Positions 9,044 through 19,892 of a DNA stretch of 64,000 bases are shown piece after piece. Source of the stretch: an uncultured Spirochaetota bacterium (GTDB lineage Bacteria; Spirochaetota; UBA4802; UBA5550); the NCBI GenBank assembly GCA_963827275.1, contig CAWHAA010000006.1:249144-313143 (forward strand), in the 5' to 3' direction. A program made the translations under genes and the position numbers. Positions within the stretch are counted from its first letter, which is position 1. Each line of letters opens with the position of its first letter. The notes under the pieces are model-generated. The model ran no database searches. It was given only the letters and a program-made list of their open reading frames with translations, and was not told where the DNA came from.

Positions 9044-10578
9044 CCCCGCGTTTTATAATACATTACTATCGATTCAACAAGGCCTTCAATAGTGTGCCGT
9101 TCAGCAGAAACATTGATCCGGTACCCGAGTTCGCGCGCCTTTTCCGCGGTAACGGGGCCGATCGCGGCGCAGGAAAAGGTGTCCGTATCGGCCATGGCGA
9201 TTTTTTTGACAAGTTTGTCGAAATTCTGCACGGTGGATGAGCTGGTGAACGTGACCATGTCAAACCGAGCATTTTTGATGGTCTCCCTGACAGCGGGGTC
9301 GTTGGAAAGGTCGTCTTCAACGGTACGGTACACGGTAATATCGTCGATCGCGGCTGCTCCACCGGCTTTGAGCCCCTCGGTCAGTTCGCGTGACGCGATA
9401 TCGGCGCGCGGCAGCAGGAAGGACTTGCCGCTGACCTGGCCGGCGCCGGCAAGTGCGCTGAGTATTTCCGAGCTGATGAAACGCTCCGGCACCATGTCGG
9501 GCCTGATACCGTACGTTTTCAGCCGCTCGGCCGTTGCAGGGCCGATAGCGCAGACCCTGGCGCTGCCCAGCCTGCGCGCGTCAAATCCCAACTCGAAGAG
9601 GTACAGGAAGAAGTAATCAACGCCGTTTACCGAGGTGAAAATGATCCAGTCATACGTTCCTGCGCGCGTGATGGAATCGCGCATGCGGGGGGAATCCTCC
9701 GGGGCGACGGTCCGTATGACCGGAGTCTCTATCACGGACGCACCCAGCTCGGTGAGGCGAGACGTCAGCTCGGAGGCCTGTTCCCTCGACCTGGTCACCA
9801 CGATTGATTTTCCGAACAGGGGACGCTTCTCGAACCAGTTTATCCTGTCGCGCAGCGCCACGACGCTCCCTATCACTATTATCGAGGGCGGTCGTATGCC
9901 GGCATTGTGCACCAGGCCGGCGATGGTCGCGAGAGTGCCGGCAACGGTGCGCTGGTGCGGCTGGCAGCCATTCTCAATTACCGCGGCAGGCGTGTCGGCA
10001 CCGAGACCGTTTTGCCGCAGTTTCTCAATTATCAAAGGCAGGTTCTTTACACCCATCAGGAACACAAGGGTCTGCACGCCGGTCGCGAGCCTGTCCCACC
10101 GGATATCGCTTTCCAGCTTGGTCGGGTCTTCGTGCCCGGTTATGAAGGCGACAGAGGCGCTGTATCCGCGGTTGGTGACCGGTATACCCGCGCTGTTCGG
10201 CACTGCGAAAGCGGAGGATATGCCGCTGACAACTTCAAATTCGATCCCGTTCTCGGCGCAGAAGAGCGCCTCCTCTCCGCCGCGGCCGAATATGTACGGA
10301 TCGCCGCCCTTCAGCCTGACGACCATCTTGCCCTCCCTGGCCTTATCGACGATGAGCCTGTTGATGTCTTCCTGTTCCATGGTATGCGACGCGCCGCTCT
10401 TGCCCACGTAGATTTTATCGCAATCCTCCGGCGCGAACGAGCGGATGATCCTGTCGTTCACCAGGTTGTCGTATATGAGGGTGTCGCATTTTTCAATCAG
10501 CTCTTTGCCCCGCAGCGTCAGGAGACCGATGTCACCGGGGCCGGCGCCGACCAGGTAAACCTTTCCGTTTTCGCTCAT
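9040..10578 (-). CDS. cobA: Uroporphyrinogen-III C-methyltransferase / uroporphyrinogen-III synthase fusion (CobA-HemD)
   Basis: VYLVGAGPGD and RLKGGDPYIFGRGGEE, followed by the HemD part FTSVNGV, LLPRA, FTSSSTV. Confidence 0.95.
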   Translation of the reverse strand: MSENGKVYLVGAGPGDIGLLTLRGKELIEKCDTLIYDNLVNDRIIRSFAPEDCDKIYVGKSGASHTMEQEDINRLIVDKAREGKMVVRLKGGDPYIFGRGGEEALFCAENGIEFEVVSGISSAFAVPNSAGIPVTNRGYSASVAFITGHEDPTKLESDIRWDRLATGVQTLVFLMGVKNLPLIIEKLRQNGLGADTPAAVIENGCQPHQRTVAGTLATIAGLVHNAGIRPPSIIVIGSVVALRDRINWFEKRPLFGKSIVVTRSREQASELTSRLTELGASVIETPVIRTVAPEDSPRMRDSITRAGTYDWIIFTSVNGVDYFFLYLFELGFDARRLGSARVCAIGPATAERLKTYGIRPDMVPERFISSEILSALAGAGQVSGKSFLLPRADIASRELTEGLKAGGAAAIDDITVYRTVEDDLSNDPAVRETIKNARFDMVTFTSSSTVQNFDKLVKKIAMADTDTFSCAAIGPVTAEKARELGYRINVSAERHTIEGLVESIVMYYKTRG

Positions 10579-11507
10579 AGCTTTCTCCCGTATATCTGCT
10601 CGAGGATCTCCCGCGCGCCGTCATCAAGCAGCTCCCGCGCGCACCGCTGCGCCATCGCGTACATGCCTGAAACCGGTCCCGCGGCCGTCGTCCTGAATAC
10701 TTTTGTTCCGTCAAGGCGCGCCACCATTCCGGTAAGGGTGACGGTATCGCCGTTCACGCGGGCGAGAGCGGCTATCGGCACCTGGCACCCGCCGCCGAGC
10801 TCCGAGAGGAATGCCCGCTCACAGGTTATGGCGATCCTGCTCTCCCTGTCGTTCAGGGGCGCGATAATCGCTTCCATCGCGCTGTCGCCCTCGCGTATCT
10901 CTATGGCAAGGGACGCCTGGCCGACGGCCGGGAGGATGACCTCTTCCGGGACAGTCTCGGTCACGATACCGAGGTCTCCCAAACGCTCCAGGCCGGCACG
11001 CGCGAGGATGATCCCCTCAATGGCGGGATTTTCCTGCATCTTTTTCAGCCTCGACTGGACGTTTCCCCGCATATCAACAATATTCAGGCCTGGCATGAGC
11101 GCCATCACCTGCGCCCTGCGCCTGAGGCTGCCGGTAGCGATGGTATCGCCCGCCTGCAGCTCGCGCAGCTTCTTGCCGTTTCTCGAGATAAATACGTCCC
11201 CGGGGTCGAGCCGTTTCGTGACAGCCCCGATCTTCAGGCCGCGGGGCAGTTCCGTGGGCATGTCTTTCATGGAATGCACGGCAAGGTCAACCGATCCATC
11301 GAGGAGCTCCTTTTCGATCTCCTTGGTGAACAGGCCCTTGTCGCCGATCTTCGAGAGCGGCGCGTCGAGTATCCTGTCGCCGGTTGTTTTTATCGTGACG
11401 ATTTCGATTTCGGCCCCCGGGTTCCGGGCTTGCAATTGATCGCGGACATGCTGGCTCTGGACAAGCGCAAGCCTGCTGCCCCGGGTACCGATTCTGATTG
11501 TTTTCAT
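10575..11507 (-). CDS. hemC: Hydroxymethylbilane synthase
   Basis: GTRGSRLA, KGLFTKE, AVHSMKD and GGCQVP motifs. Confidence 0.97.
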   Translation of the reverse strand: MKTIRIGTRGSRLALVQSQHVRDQLQARNPGAEIEIVTIKTTGDRILDAPLSKIGDKGLFTKEIEKELLDGSVDLAVHSMKDMPTELPRGLKIGAVTKRLDPGDVFISRNGKKLRELQAGDTIATGSLRRRAQVMALMPGLNIVDMRGNVQSRLKKMQENPAIEGIILARAGLERLGDLGIVTETVPEEVILPAVGQASLAIEIREGDSAMEAIIAPLNDRESRIAITCERAFLSELGGGCQVPIAALARVNGDTVTLTGMVARLDGTKVFRTTAAGPVSGMYAMAQRCARELLDDGAREILEQIYGRKL

Positions 11508-11722
11508 ACCGTGCTAACGCCGTTAATACAGATCAAGTTAAAAAATATCATGCCATATCATAGATATAACGGTTAATTTGTAAAGTATTCTTCATTCGGA
11601 GAATAATTACACAGTACCGGCCCGAGGTCAATAATTGACCTGCGTCAATGAAATAAATTCTTGCCAAATATACTATTATTGTATGGAATTACCAGAACTA
11701 TAGAATTGCGGGTAAAACAACC

Positions 11723-12694
11723 ATGCCAGGCAACCAGCGACCGCGCAGAAACAGAGCGTCCCACCTTATCCGTGACATGGTCGCGGAAACGGTGGTCGAC
11801 AGGCGAAAACTCATCATGCCGCATTTCATCCTCGAAGGACAGCACCTGCGCGAGCAGATAACGTCCATGCCGGGGATACACCGGGTCTCCTGCGACAACC
11901 TGCTCAAAGACATTGAAGCCGACTACAAGCTGGGTATCGACAAAATACTCCTCTTCGGCATACCTGACAAAAAAGACGAGCAGGCGAGCGGCGCCTACGA
12001 CCGCAATGGCGTCGTTCAGCGCGCCCTCAGGGACATAAAGAAGCACCTTCCCGGCATCCTGGTGATCACGGACGTGTGCCTCTGCGAATACATGTCTCAC
12101 GGCCATTGCGGCGTGGTGGACAATGGAGAAATCCTGAACGACCCCTCCCTGGAGCTCCTGGCCCGTACCGCTCTCTCGCACGCTGAATCCGGCGCCGACA
12201 TGGTCGCCCCATCGGACATGATGGACGGCAGGGTGCGCTCTATCCGGGCGAAGCTTGACGCGGGCGGGTTTTACGACCTGCCGATTCTCGCGTACTCGGC
12301 GAAATACGCGTCGGCGTTTTACGGGCCGTTCCGCGAAGCGGCGGGCAGCGCGCCGCAGTTCGGCGACCGCAGCAGCTACCAGATGGACTGCCGCAACACG
12401 ATTGAAGCTGAAATGGAAGTGCTGCTCGATATCGAGGAAGGCGCTGATATTGTCATGGTGAAGCCCGCGCTGTCCTACCTCGACGTCATCTACCGCGTGC
12501 GTCATATCGCCCGCGTTCCCCTGTGCGCCTATAACGTGAGCGGCGAATATGCCATGGTCAAGGCCATGGGCAAGCTCGGGTACGGAGACGAAGAGCGGCT
12601 GACCAGGGAGGTGGTCACGTCGATATTCAGGGCAGGCGCCGACATGGTCATATCGTATCATACCCGCGATATCTACAGGAATGACTGGCTCTGA
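11723..12694 (+). CDS. hemB: Porphobilinogen synthase
   Basis: DVCLCEYMSHGHCG, PSDMMDGR, FYGPFREA and MVKP motifs. Confidence 0.97.
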   Translation: MPGNQRPRRNRASHLIRDMVAETVVDRRKLIMPHFILEGQHLREQITSMPGIHRVSCDNLLKDIEADYKLGIDKILLFGIPDKKDEQASGAYDRNGVVQRALRDIKKHLPGILVITDVCLCEYMSHGHCGVVDNGEILNDPSLELLARTALSHAESGADMVAPSDMMDGRVRSIRAKLDAGGFYDLPILAYSAKYASAFYGPFREAAGSAPQFGDRSSYQMDCRNTIEAEMEVLLDIEEGADIVMVKPALSYLDVIYRVRHIARVPLCAYNVSGEYAMVKAMGKLGYGDEERLTREVVTSIFRAGADMVISYHTRDIYRNDWL

Positions 12695-12695
12695 G

Positions 12696-13988
12696 ATGAT
12701 CATCGAAAAATCAAAAAAGCTCTATAAAAAAGCGCTGCGCCTTATGCCGGGAGGGGTGAGCTCGCCGGTCCGGGCCTTCAGGGCCGTCGGCGGGGACCCG
12801 CTCTACATAAAAAAAGGGAGCGGCTCGCGCATGCAGGACGAGGACGGCAATGAATTCATTGACTACTGCATGTCCTGGGGCCCCCTCATTCTCGGCCATG
12901 CTGATCCGGACGTAATCAGCGCCGTCAGGAAGACCGCCAAAAACGGCACGAGCTTCGGCACTTCCAGCAAGTACGAGGTCCAGCTGGCAAAGCTCATCAC
13001 CGGTCGTTTCCCCTCTGTCGATATGGTGCGCTTCGTAAACTCCGGCACCGAGGCGGTCATGAGCGCGATCAGGCTTGCCCGCGGCCACACGGGCAGGGAA
13101 AAGATCATCAAGTTTGACGGGTGCTATCACGGACACGCCGACCAGATGCTCGTTGCCGCAGGCTCCGGCCTGGCCACCTTCGGGACGCCGGATTCCGCCG
13201 GCGTCACCGCCGGGGCGGCGAACGATACCATCGTGGCCCCATTCAACGACATCGAAGCGCTTGCCGCCATTCTCGCGAAGGAGCATGCCTCCGTGGCGGC
13301 GGTTATCATGGAGCCGGTCCCGTGCAACTACGGGCTCATCATGCCGAAAAAGGAATTTTTACGTGAGGTGAGGGCGCTCTGCGACAGGCACGGGGTGCTC
13401 CTCATATTCGACGAGGTGATAACCGGCTTCCGGCTCGCACCTGGCGGGGCGCAGGAATACTTCGGCGTGAAGGCGGATATCACCACCATGGGCAAGATCA
13501 TCGGCGGCGGGCTCCCCGTGGGCGCGTACGGGGCGTCACGCACGATCATGAAGAACATCTCGCCCCTGGGAAAGGTTTACCAGGCAGGCACGCTTTCCGG
13601 GAACCCCCTCGCGATGGTCGCAGGCATCCATACGCTTAAAAAGCTTGAAAAGGCTGACGGCTACAATACGTTGCGAGAGAAGGGACGGCTCCTGGATGCC
13701 GCCCTGCAGCCGATACTCGCTCCATACAAGGGCCGGGTCCTCTACACCAGGCTCGAATCCATATTTGCAATTAATTTCACCGCTGCCGCCGCCATTGATT
13801 CGCTTGACGGGATACGTGCATGCGATATGAATGCCTTTTCGGCCTTCCACCGGGGAATGCTCGCCCGGGGCGTCTATCTTGCGCCCTCCGGCTACGAGGT
13901 GGGGTTCCTCTCGACGGCGCATACCGAGGACGATATTGCGGCAACCGCCCGTGCCGCCGCAGAGACGCTGGAACAAATGTTTCGATAA
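12696..13988 (+). CDS. hemL: Glutamate-1-semialdehyde 2,1-aminomutase
   Basis: PGGVSSPVRAF, NSGTEA, GCYHGH, FDEVITGFR and GKIIGGG motifs. Confidence 0.97.
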   Translation: MIIEKSKKLYKKALRLMPGGVSSPVRAFRAVGGDPLYIKKGSGSRMQDEDGNEFIDYCMSWGPLILGHADPDVISAVRKTAKNGTSFGTSSKYEVQLAKLITGRFPSVDMVRFVNSGTEAVMSAIRLARGHTGREKIIKFDGCYHGHADQMLVAAGSGLATFGTPDSAGVTAGAANDTIVAPFNDIEALAAILAKEHASVAAVIMEPVPCNYGLIMPKKEFLREVRALCDRHGVLLIFDEVITGFRLAPGGAQEYFGVKADITTMGKIIGGGLPVGAYGASRTIMKNISPLGKVYQAGTLSGNPLAMVAGIHTLKKLEKADGYNTLREKGRLLDAALQPILAPYKGRVLYTRLESIFAINFTAAAAIDSLDGIRACDMNAFSAFHRGMLARGVYLAPSGYEVGFLSTAHTEDDIAATARAAAETLEQMFR

Positions 13989-14000
13989 GACGAAGGGACC

Positions 14001-15314
14001 ATGAACAGGCGAGACGAAATATCAGAGATCATACTGGTTGGATTGAGCTACAAGACCGCCCCCCTCGAGATACGGGAGAAATTCACCTTTGACGGTGACC
14101 TCCTGAAGCGGTTCCATGAAAAGGCCAAAGCCTCGGGCATCAATGAGATCGTATACCTCGCCACCTGCAACCGCGTGGAGATCTATTTCACGGCCCATGA
14201 TATCCAGCGCTCGATCGAGCGGCTCACGGGAATACTCGAGGAATTCACCGGCCTCACGATGGAAAAATTTTCCCAGTACATTTACAAAAAATATTCCCGG
14301 GATGTGGTGCTTCACCTCCTGACCGTGGCATCGTCCCTCGATTCAATGGTCATCGGCGAAAACGAGATACTCGGCCAGCTGAAGCAGGCGTACCGGGACT
14401 CGGTGCTTCATCAAAACAGCGGCATATTGCTCAACCGGCTCTTCCACCAGTCCTTCAATACGGCGAAAAAGGTACGTACGGAAACGGGAATAGCACAGAA
14501 CCCGCTGTCGATCGCTTTCATCGCGGTGGAAAAAGCGCGGGAAATGTTCAACGGCGATCTCTCGCAGCGTTCGGCCCTGCTCATCGGAGCGGGGGAGATG
14601 GGCGAGCTGATCCTGAAATACCTTACAAAAAACAATATCAGGGACATCACCATAGCGAACAGGTCCATTCCAAACGCGGAGACCATTGTCGAGCGGATCA
14701 ACAAGTGCGCCCATATCGTTCCGCTGGGCGAAATATCGACGGTCGCGTCTCAGGTTGATATCATTATCACCTCGGTCACGTGCCATGACTACCTGCTGAC
14801 TTACCCCCTGATACGGTCAATGATGGAGAAGAGGAGTGACCGGCCGCTCTTCATGATCGATATAGCGGTGCCGCGGAACGTCGATCCCGATGTCGCCTCA
14901 ATTGACAACGTCACCCTCTATAACATAGACGACCTCAAGACCATTGCGGACGAAAATTTAAAGAACAGGCTCAACGAAGTCGAGGCGGCGATGCGGATCG
15001 TCCACTCCGACGCGGACGAGATGATCGAGTGGTACGAAGGCCTCGAGATGGTGCCGATGATCGTCCATATACAGGAGAGCTTCGATAAAATCAGGGAGCA
15101 GGAGCTGTCAAAGTGCCGGCGGCGGCAGTTAAAGCACCTGTCAGACGAAGAATTCCAGCATATTGACGATCTTACGAGGCAGATTATATCAAAAATATTA
15201 CACAACCCGATAATGACCATTAAAAAGAACAAGGCGCTGCACATCGACGGGTACCACGATACGGAGGAGATCAAGCAGAAGATCAAGATTATCGAGGAAC
15301 TCTTCAAGATATGA
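14001..15314 (+). CDS. hemA: Glutamyl-tRNA reductase
   Basis: TCNRVE, SLDSMVIGENEILGQ, GAGEMG and DIAVPR motifs. Confidence 0.97.
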   Translation: MNRRDEISEIILVGLSYKTAPLEIREKFTFDGDLLKRFHEKAKASGINEIVYLATCNRVEIYFTAHDIQRSIERLTGILEEFTGLTMEKFSQYIYKKYSRDVVLHLLTVASSLDSMVIGENEILGQLKQAYRDSVLHQNSGILLNRLFHQSFNTAKKVRTETGIAQNPLSIAFIAVEKAREMFNGDLSQRSALLIGAGEMGELILKYLTKNNIRDITIANRSIPNAETIVERINKCAHIVPLGEISTVASQVDIIITSVTCHDYLLTYPLIRSMMEKRSDRPLFMIDIAVPRNVDPDVASIDNVTLYNIDDLKTIADENLKNRLNEVEAAMRIVHSDADEMIEWYEGLEMVPMIVHIQESFDKIREQELSKCRRRQLKHLSDEEFQHIDDLTRQIISKILHNPIMTIKKNKALHIDGYHDTEEIKQKIKIIEELFKI

Positions 15315-16375
15315 AGATGGAAAATATCCCCAGGCTGATATTCTGGGAATTGACGAAAGAATGCAACCTCCATTGCATCCACTGCCGTGCTGAAGCCGAA
15401 AGCGCCCGTTTTGAAGGCGAGCTCTCGCTTGGCGATATCCAGCGCGTCATACAGGACATAGCATCGCGCTATAAACCGATCCTTGTCCTCACCGGCGGCG
15501 AGCCGCTTTACCGGAAAGACATCTTCGAGATAGCCGGGGCAGCGCGGGACGCCGGCCTTCCCACCGCGCTCGCGTCAAACGGCACGCTCATAGACGCGCC
15601 GATCGCTTCCAGGATCAAACATGCCGGCATCCGCCGCGTGAGCATTTCAATTGACGGGAGCAGTGCCGCCGCCCATGACGATTTCCGCGGTATTCCCGGC
15701 TCCTTCGAGCAGGCACTGCGCGGCATACGCCATCTCCGGGACGCCGGCGTCGAATTCCAGATCAATACCACGGTATCGAGAAGAAACGCCGACGATATCG
15801 AAAAGATCCTCGCGCTTGCGGAGGACCTGGGCGCCAGGGCACTCCATATATTCATGCTTGTCCCCGTGGGCTGCGGTGTCGAGATCGCCGAGTCGGAGAT
15901 GATATCCAAGGAAAAATACGAAAGCTTGTTAAACTGGTTCTATGACAGGTCAAGGGAAACGGCACTCGAGCTGAAAGCGACCTGCGCGCCGCACTATTAC
16001 CGCATCATGCGCCAGCGCGCCCACGCGGAAGGAAGGACGATTTCATACGAGCAGGACGGGATGTCCGCGATGACGCGGGGGTGCCTCGCCGGGACCGGCG
16101 TATGCTTCATCTCGCACCGGGGGGATGTCCAGCCATGCGGCTACCTCCCGCTCGTCGCGGGAAACGTCCTCAAACGCCCCTTCGCGGAGATATGGGAATC
16201 CTCTGAATTATTCGTTTCACTGAGGGACCTCGGCAACCTCACCGGGAAATGCGGCGTTTGCGAATACCGCTCGTCGTGCGCCGGGTGCAGGGCGCGGGCC
16301 TTCTATGAAACAGGGGACTACCTGTCCGACGAACCCTACTGTGTGTATATCCCCGCGAGGACGAAATCCCGATGA
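15311..16375 (+). CDS. ahbD: Radical SAM/SPASM heme b synthase (AhbD-like)
   Basis: WELTKECNLHCIHCRA, KATCAPHYYR, GCLAG and SPASM cysteines; heme cluster context. Confidence 0.85.
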   Translation: MKMENIPRLIFWELTKECNLHCIHCRAEAESARFEGELSLGDIQRVIQDIASRYKPILVLTGGEPLYRKDIFEIAGAARDAGLPTALASNGTLIDAPIASRIKHAGIRRVSISIDGSSAAAHDDFRGIPGSFEQALRGIRHLRDAGVEFQINTTVSRRNADDIEKILALAEDLGARALHIFMLVPVGCGVEIAESEMISKEKYESLLNWFYDRSRETALELKATCAPHYYRIMRQRAHAEGRTISYEQDGMSAMTRGCLAGTGVCFISHRGDVQPCGYLPLVAGNVLKRPFAEIWESSELFVSLRDLGNLTGKCGVCEYRSSCAGCRARAFYETGDYLSDEPYCVYIPARTKSR

Positions 16376-17421
16376 ACTTCACCGCACTCGAGGCACGGAT
16401 CCTTGACAGGATCCAGCGCGATTTCCCCTCTACCGCCACCCCCCTGGCGGACATGGCCGTCGAGCTCGGGATGCCGGAACGCGACTTTCTATCCTCCCTC
16501 GGAGAGCTCAAGTCGGACGGTATCGTGCGAAACATATCCGGGATTTTCAATGCCTCCCGCCTCGGGTACGCATCCTGTCTTGTGGCCTTTATCGTGCCGG
16601 AAAAAGGCATTGAGCAGGCGGCTGCGCAGATAAATATGCATCCCGGTGTGAGCCATAACTACCTGAGGGACCACCATTACAATATATGGTTTACCATAGC
16701 ATCCGATTCAGAAAAAAGGCTTGATGAGACCGTAAAAATCCTTGCCGGGAGATGCGGCGCTTCGGATTATATTCAGCTCAGGAACGAACGGCTCATCAAG
16801 ATCGGCCTGATGCTGCCTGTCGGCGAATCAGGCGGCCCTGAAGCGTCCCCTGCGGCCGTATCAGAGCATGACACGGATACAGCGGAGCCAGCTGACCGGG
16901 CATACGATTTTTCTGACAGGGAAAAGGAATCCATCAGGCTTTTACAGATGGACCTGCCGATAGAGGAGGAACCGTTCGTCGTCCTTCTGAAATCCGCCGG
17001 AAGCGCCATCGGGGCTGATGCGCTTGTTGAGGACATGATAAAATTCAAGAAACATAAAATACTTCGCCGCTATTCCGGCGTGCTGCGCCACAGAAAGGCC
17101 GGGTACCGGTCAAATGCCATGACCGTATGGAAGCCGGTGAAAGACGCTGATATGTCCCGGATTTCAGAAGTTTTTTCCCGGGTACCTTCCATATCGCACC
17201 TCTATCTCCGGACCGTGCATCCCGGCAGGTGGGAATATCCGCTGTTTGCCATGATACACGCCCGTTCTGACGGAGAGCTGGAAGGCATCACTGAAAAACT
17301 GGCGCGTGAATCGGGGATTTCAGACTACAGGTCCCTCAGAACACTGAAGGAATTCAAGAAAGAGCGCGTCGTCTATTATTCACCACATTTCAAGGAATGG
17401 GACCGCCAGGCGGGATTATGA
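16372..17421 (+). CDS. Siroheme decarboxylase, fused AhbA-AhbB (two Lrp/AsnC-like halves)
   Basis: First half IQRDFP...PGVSHNYLR...YNIWFT; second half LQMDLP...HRKAGY.SNAMTVW...WEYPLFAMIH. Confidence 0.85.
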   Translation: MNFTALEARILDRIQRDFPSTATPLADMAVELGMPERDFLSSLGELKSDGIVRNISGIFNASRLGYASCLVAFIVPEKGIEQAAAQINMHPGVSHNYLRDHHYNIWFTIASDSEKRLDETVKILAGRCGASDYIQLRNERLIKIGLMLPVGESGGPEASPAAVSEHDTDTAEPADRAYDFSDREKESIRLLQMDLPIEEEPFVVLLKSAGSAIGADALVEDMIKFKKHKILRRYSGVLRHRKAGYRSNAMTVWKPVKDADMSRISEVFSRVPSISHLYLRTVHPGRWEYPLFAMIHARSDGELEGITEKLARESGISDYRSLRTLKEFKKERVVYYSPHFKEWDRQAGL

Positions 17422-18689
17422 TCGATATAGGAAAACTTTACTGCGGCGGCACATCAACCGGTGATTCGCTCCGGTACGGGACAACGGCCGGCCCCGACTG
17501 CCACGGAAACCGGCCCCATGAACCGGTCCGGCTGGCGTCGGAGCGCAGGCCAATCGTGGTGTGGAGCACGACGCGCACCTGCAACCTCAAGTGCGTCCAT
17601 TGCTACACCGATTCGTGCAATACGAAGTACGAGGGGGAGCTGACGACCGATGAAGCGCGCTCCATGATCCGTGATCTTGCCGGGTTTAAAATACCTTCGC
17701 TCCTTTTTTCCGGCGGCGAGCCGCTCATGCGGAAGGACCTCCTCTCACTGATCGAGTTTGCCGCCAACAACGGTATCCGCCCGGTCCTCTCCACAAACGG
17801 GACGCTCATCGACCGTCAGACCGCGCAGAGCCTGAAAGACGCGGGAATAGTCTACGTCGGGATAAGCCTTGACGGCATGGAAGAGGTGAATGACCTTTTC
17901 CGCGGGGTTACGGGCGCCTACAGCAAGGCCATGAAGGGCTTTGAGAACTGCACCGCGGTAGGCCAGAGGGTCGGCCTGCGACTTACCCTGACAAAGCGCA
18001 ATTATGCCGACCTCAATCGCATTTTTGACTTCATAGAAAAAGAGAGCATCAACCGTGCGTGCTTCTACCACCTCGTTTATTCCGGCAGGGGAGGGGAGAT
18101 GCATAAAGACGACCTCACCCACCGCGAATCGCGCGACGCAATGGACATCATCCTTGCCCGGACCGATGATTTTTTCAGGCGCGGCCTCGACATCAATATT
18201 CTGACGGTCGACAACCACGCTGACGGCGTGTATCTCTACCTCAAGCTGAAGGAACGCGGCAGCAGCAAGGCGGACGAAGTCCACCGGCTCCTTTCATGGA
18301 ACGGCGGCGCAGCATTTTCATCCGGCGTGGGAATAGCAAACATTGATTTTTTCGGCAACGTCCACCCGGACCAGTTCTGGCAGGACTATACGTTCGGGAA
18401 CGTGCGTGAGCGCAATTTCGGAGATATATGGATGGATGAGGGCGATCCGCTCATGCGCGGGCTCAAGCACAAGGCGGACTACATACGCGGGCGCTGCAGG
18501 CTGTGCCGCTACCGCGACCTGTGCACCGGCTCAATGCGGGTGCGCGCTTTCAGAACATACGATGATCCGTGGGCGCCTGACCCGCAGTGCTACCTGACAG
18601 ATGATGAGATCGGCATCGACGCGGAACAACGCGCCAGGCTCGAACGCGACGGCGAACGCTACGACATGCCGGAGGAGCTGACACGATAG
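17418..18689 (+). CDS. ahbC: Radical SAM/SPASM Fe-coproporphyrin III synthase (AhbC/NirJ1-like)
   Basis: PIVVWSTTRTCNLKCVHCY, FYHLVYSGRG, LTVDNHADG and HPDQFW motifs. Confidence 0.85.
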   Translation: MIDIGKLYCGGTSTGDSLRYGTTAGPDCHGNRPHEPVRLASERRPIVVWSTTRTCNLKCVHCYTDSCNTKYEGELTTDEARSMIRDLAGFKIPSLLFSGGEPLMRKDLLSLIEFAANNGIRPVLSTNGTLIDRQTAQSLKDAGIVYVGISLDGMEEVNDLFRGVTGAYSKAMKGFENCTAVGQRVGLRLTLTKRNYADLNRIFDFIEKESINRACFYHLVYSGRGGEMHKDDLTHRESRDAMDIILARTDDFFRRGLDINILTVDNHADGVYLYLKLKERGSSKADEVHRLLSWNGGAAFSSGVGIANIDFFGNVHPDQFWQDYTFGNVRERNFGDIWMDEGDPLMRGLKHKADYIRGRCRLCRYRDLCTGSMRVRAFRTYDDPWAPDPQCYLTDDEIGIDAEQRARLERDGERYDMPEELTR

Positions 18690-19346
18690 ATGACACTGTA
18701 TCCCGTCATGCTGAACATCTCAAACCGCAGGGCCGTCGTCATCGGCGGCGGGACTGTCGCGCTCAGAAAAATTGAGGACCTTGTCAGTTGCGGCGCTTCC
18801 GTGACCGTGATCGCGCCGGACATACACGAATCGATACATGCGATACGGGAGGCCAACCCGGGGACGGTCAGTATCGAACGGAGACCGTACCGCAGGGGCG
18901 ATTGTGACGGCGCACATATTGTCTTTGCCGCATCAGGTGACGAAAAGGTAAACAGGGAAGTCTTTCTCGAGGCTGATGAAAAAAACATATTTATCAACGC
19001 GGTGGACGACCCGCCCAACTGCACATTTTTCGTGCCGTCATGGTTCAACCGGGACGGCCTCGTGGTGTCGGTGTCAACCAGCGGCGCTTCGCCGTCATTG
19101 GCGGCAAAGATACGGAGAGAGATCGAAAAGATCATCCCTGATTCAATCGGAGAAACCCTTGCGGCGATGAAGGCAGTCCGCAGCATGCTCCGGGATGATG
19201 GCGACTTCCGGGAACTTTCGTCGCACCGCCGGGGGCTCCTGTTAAAGCGTATCGCCGATGACGGCGACCTGCTCGCCGGACTGGTCAGAAGCAGGAACGA
19301 AGGCTCGCTGAAAGATTTTATAAAAAAATTACTGGAGACGGAGTAA
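18690..19346 (+). CDS. Precorrin-2 dehydrogenase / sirohydrochlorin ferrochelatase (SirC/Met8/CysG-N family)
   Basis: YPVML, VIGGGTVALRK, NAVDDP and STSGASP motifs. Confidence 0.9.
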   Translation: MTLYPVMLNISNRRAVVIGGGTVALRKIEDLVSCGASVTVIAPDIHESIHAIREANPGTVSIERRPYRRGDCDGAHIVFAASGDEKVNREVFLEADEKNIFINAVDDPPNCTFFVPSWFNRDGLVVSVSTSGASPSLAAKIRREIEKIIPDSIGETLAAMKAVRSMLRDDGDFRELSSHRRGLLLKRIADDGDLLAGLVRSRNEGSLKDFIKKLLETE

Positions 19347-19351
19347 CAGCG

Positions 19352-19612
19352 TCATTCGCCGTTTCTTTTTGGACGCGCGACATTGACCCTGATGTTACGG
19401 CCCTCAACGTCCGTTCCGTTGAGCTTCTCTATGGCCGAGTCCGCTTCGTTATCATTGGTCATCTCGACAAACCCGAAGCCCTTTGACTTTCCGGAATCAG
19501 GATACCGGATAATTTTTACCGCTGAAACATCGCCATGCTGCTGGAACAGGCTCCGGAGGGCATCGTCTGACATCTGATACGAGAGATTCCCCGCGTAAAT
19601 TTGTTTAGACAT
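19352..19612 (-). CDS. RRM-domain RNA-binding protein
   Basis: RNP2 IYAGNL and RNP1 KGFGFVEM; GAGGTG Shine-Dalgarno site upstream. Confidence 0.93.
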   Translation of the reverse strand: MSKQIYAGNLSYQMSDDALRSLFQQHGDVSAVKIIRYPDSGKSKGFGFVEMTNDNEADSAIEKLNGTDVEGRNIRVNVARPKRNGE

Positions 19613-19892
19613 ATCACACCTCATGAAAATATTGTATGGTAAACCGGTCCGCTGAAATGAGCGGATAGGTGTATACGTGCTGCTGAGCTATGATATATAT
19701 GTATTGAGACTGGTAACCTGATCGGGAGGGGAAATCCGCGTATTCGTTGACTTGAGACGTATAGGTAGAGATACTTGACTCTACAGTGATGACCGGTCCT
19801 TTAACTCCCCAATGCCCCCTCTATGAACCCCTGCATCCTCTGTAATGGATCTCCGTATTAGCGGAGTATTGTACAATTAATGTAATTTGTTA

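Noticed and set aside
9907..11439. Long antisense ORFs (for example 9907-11439, 11645-12703, 48558-49619, 52927-54081)
   Set aside because: They are shadow frames opposite well-supported genes in GC-rich coding DNA and have no recognisable motifs.
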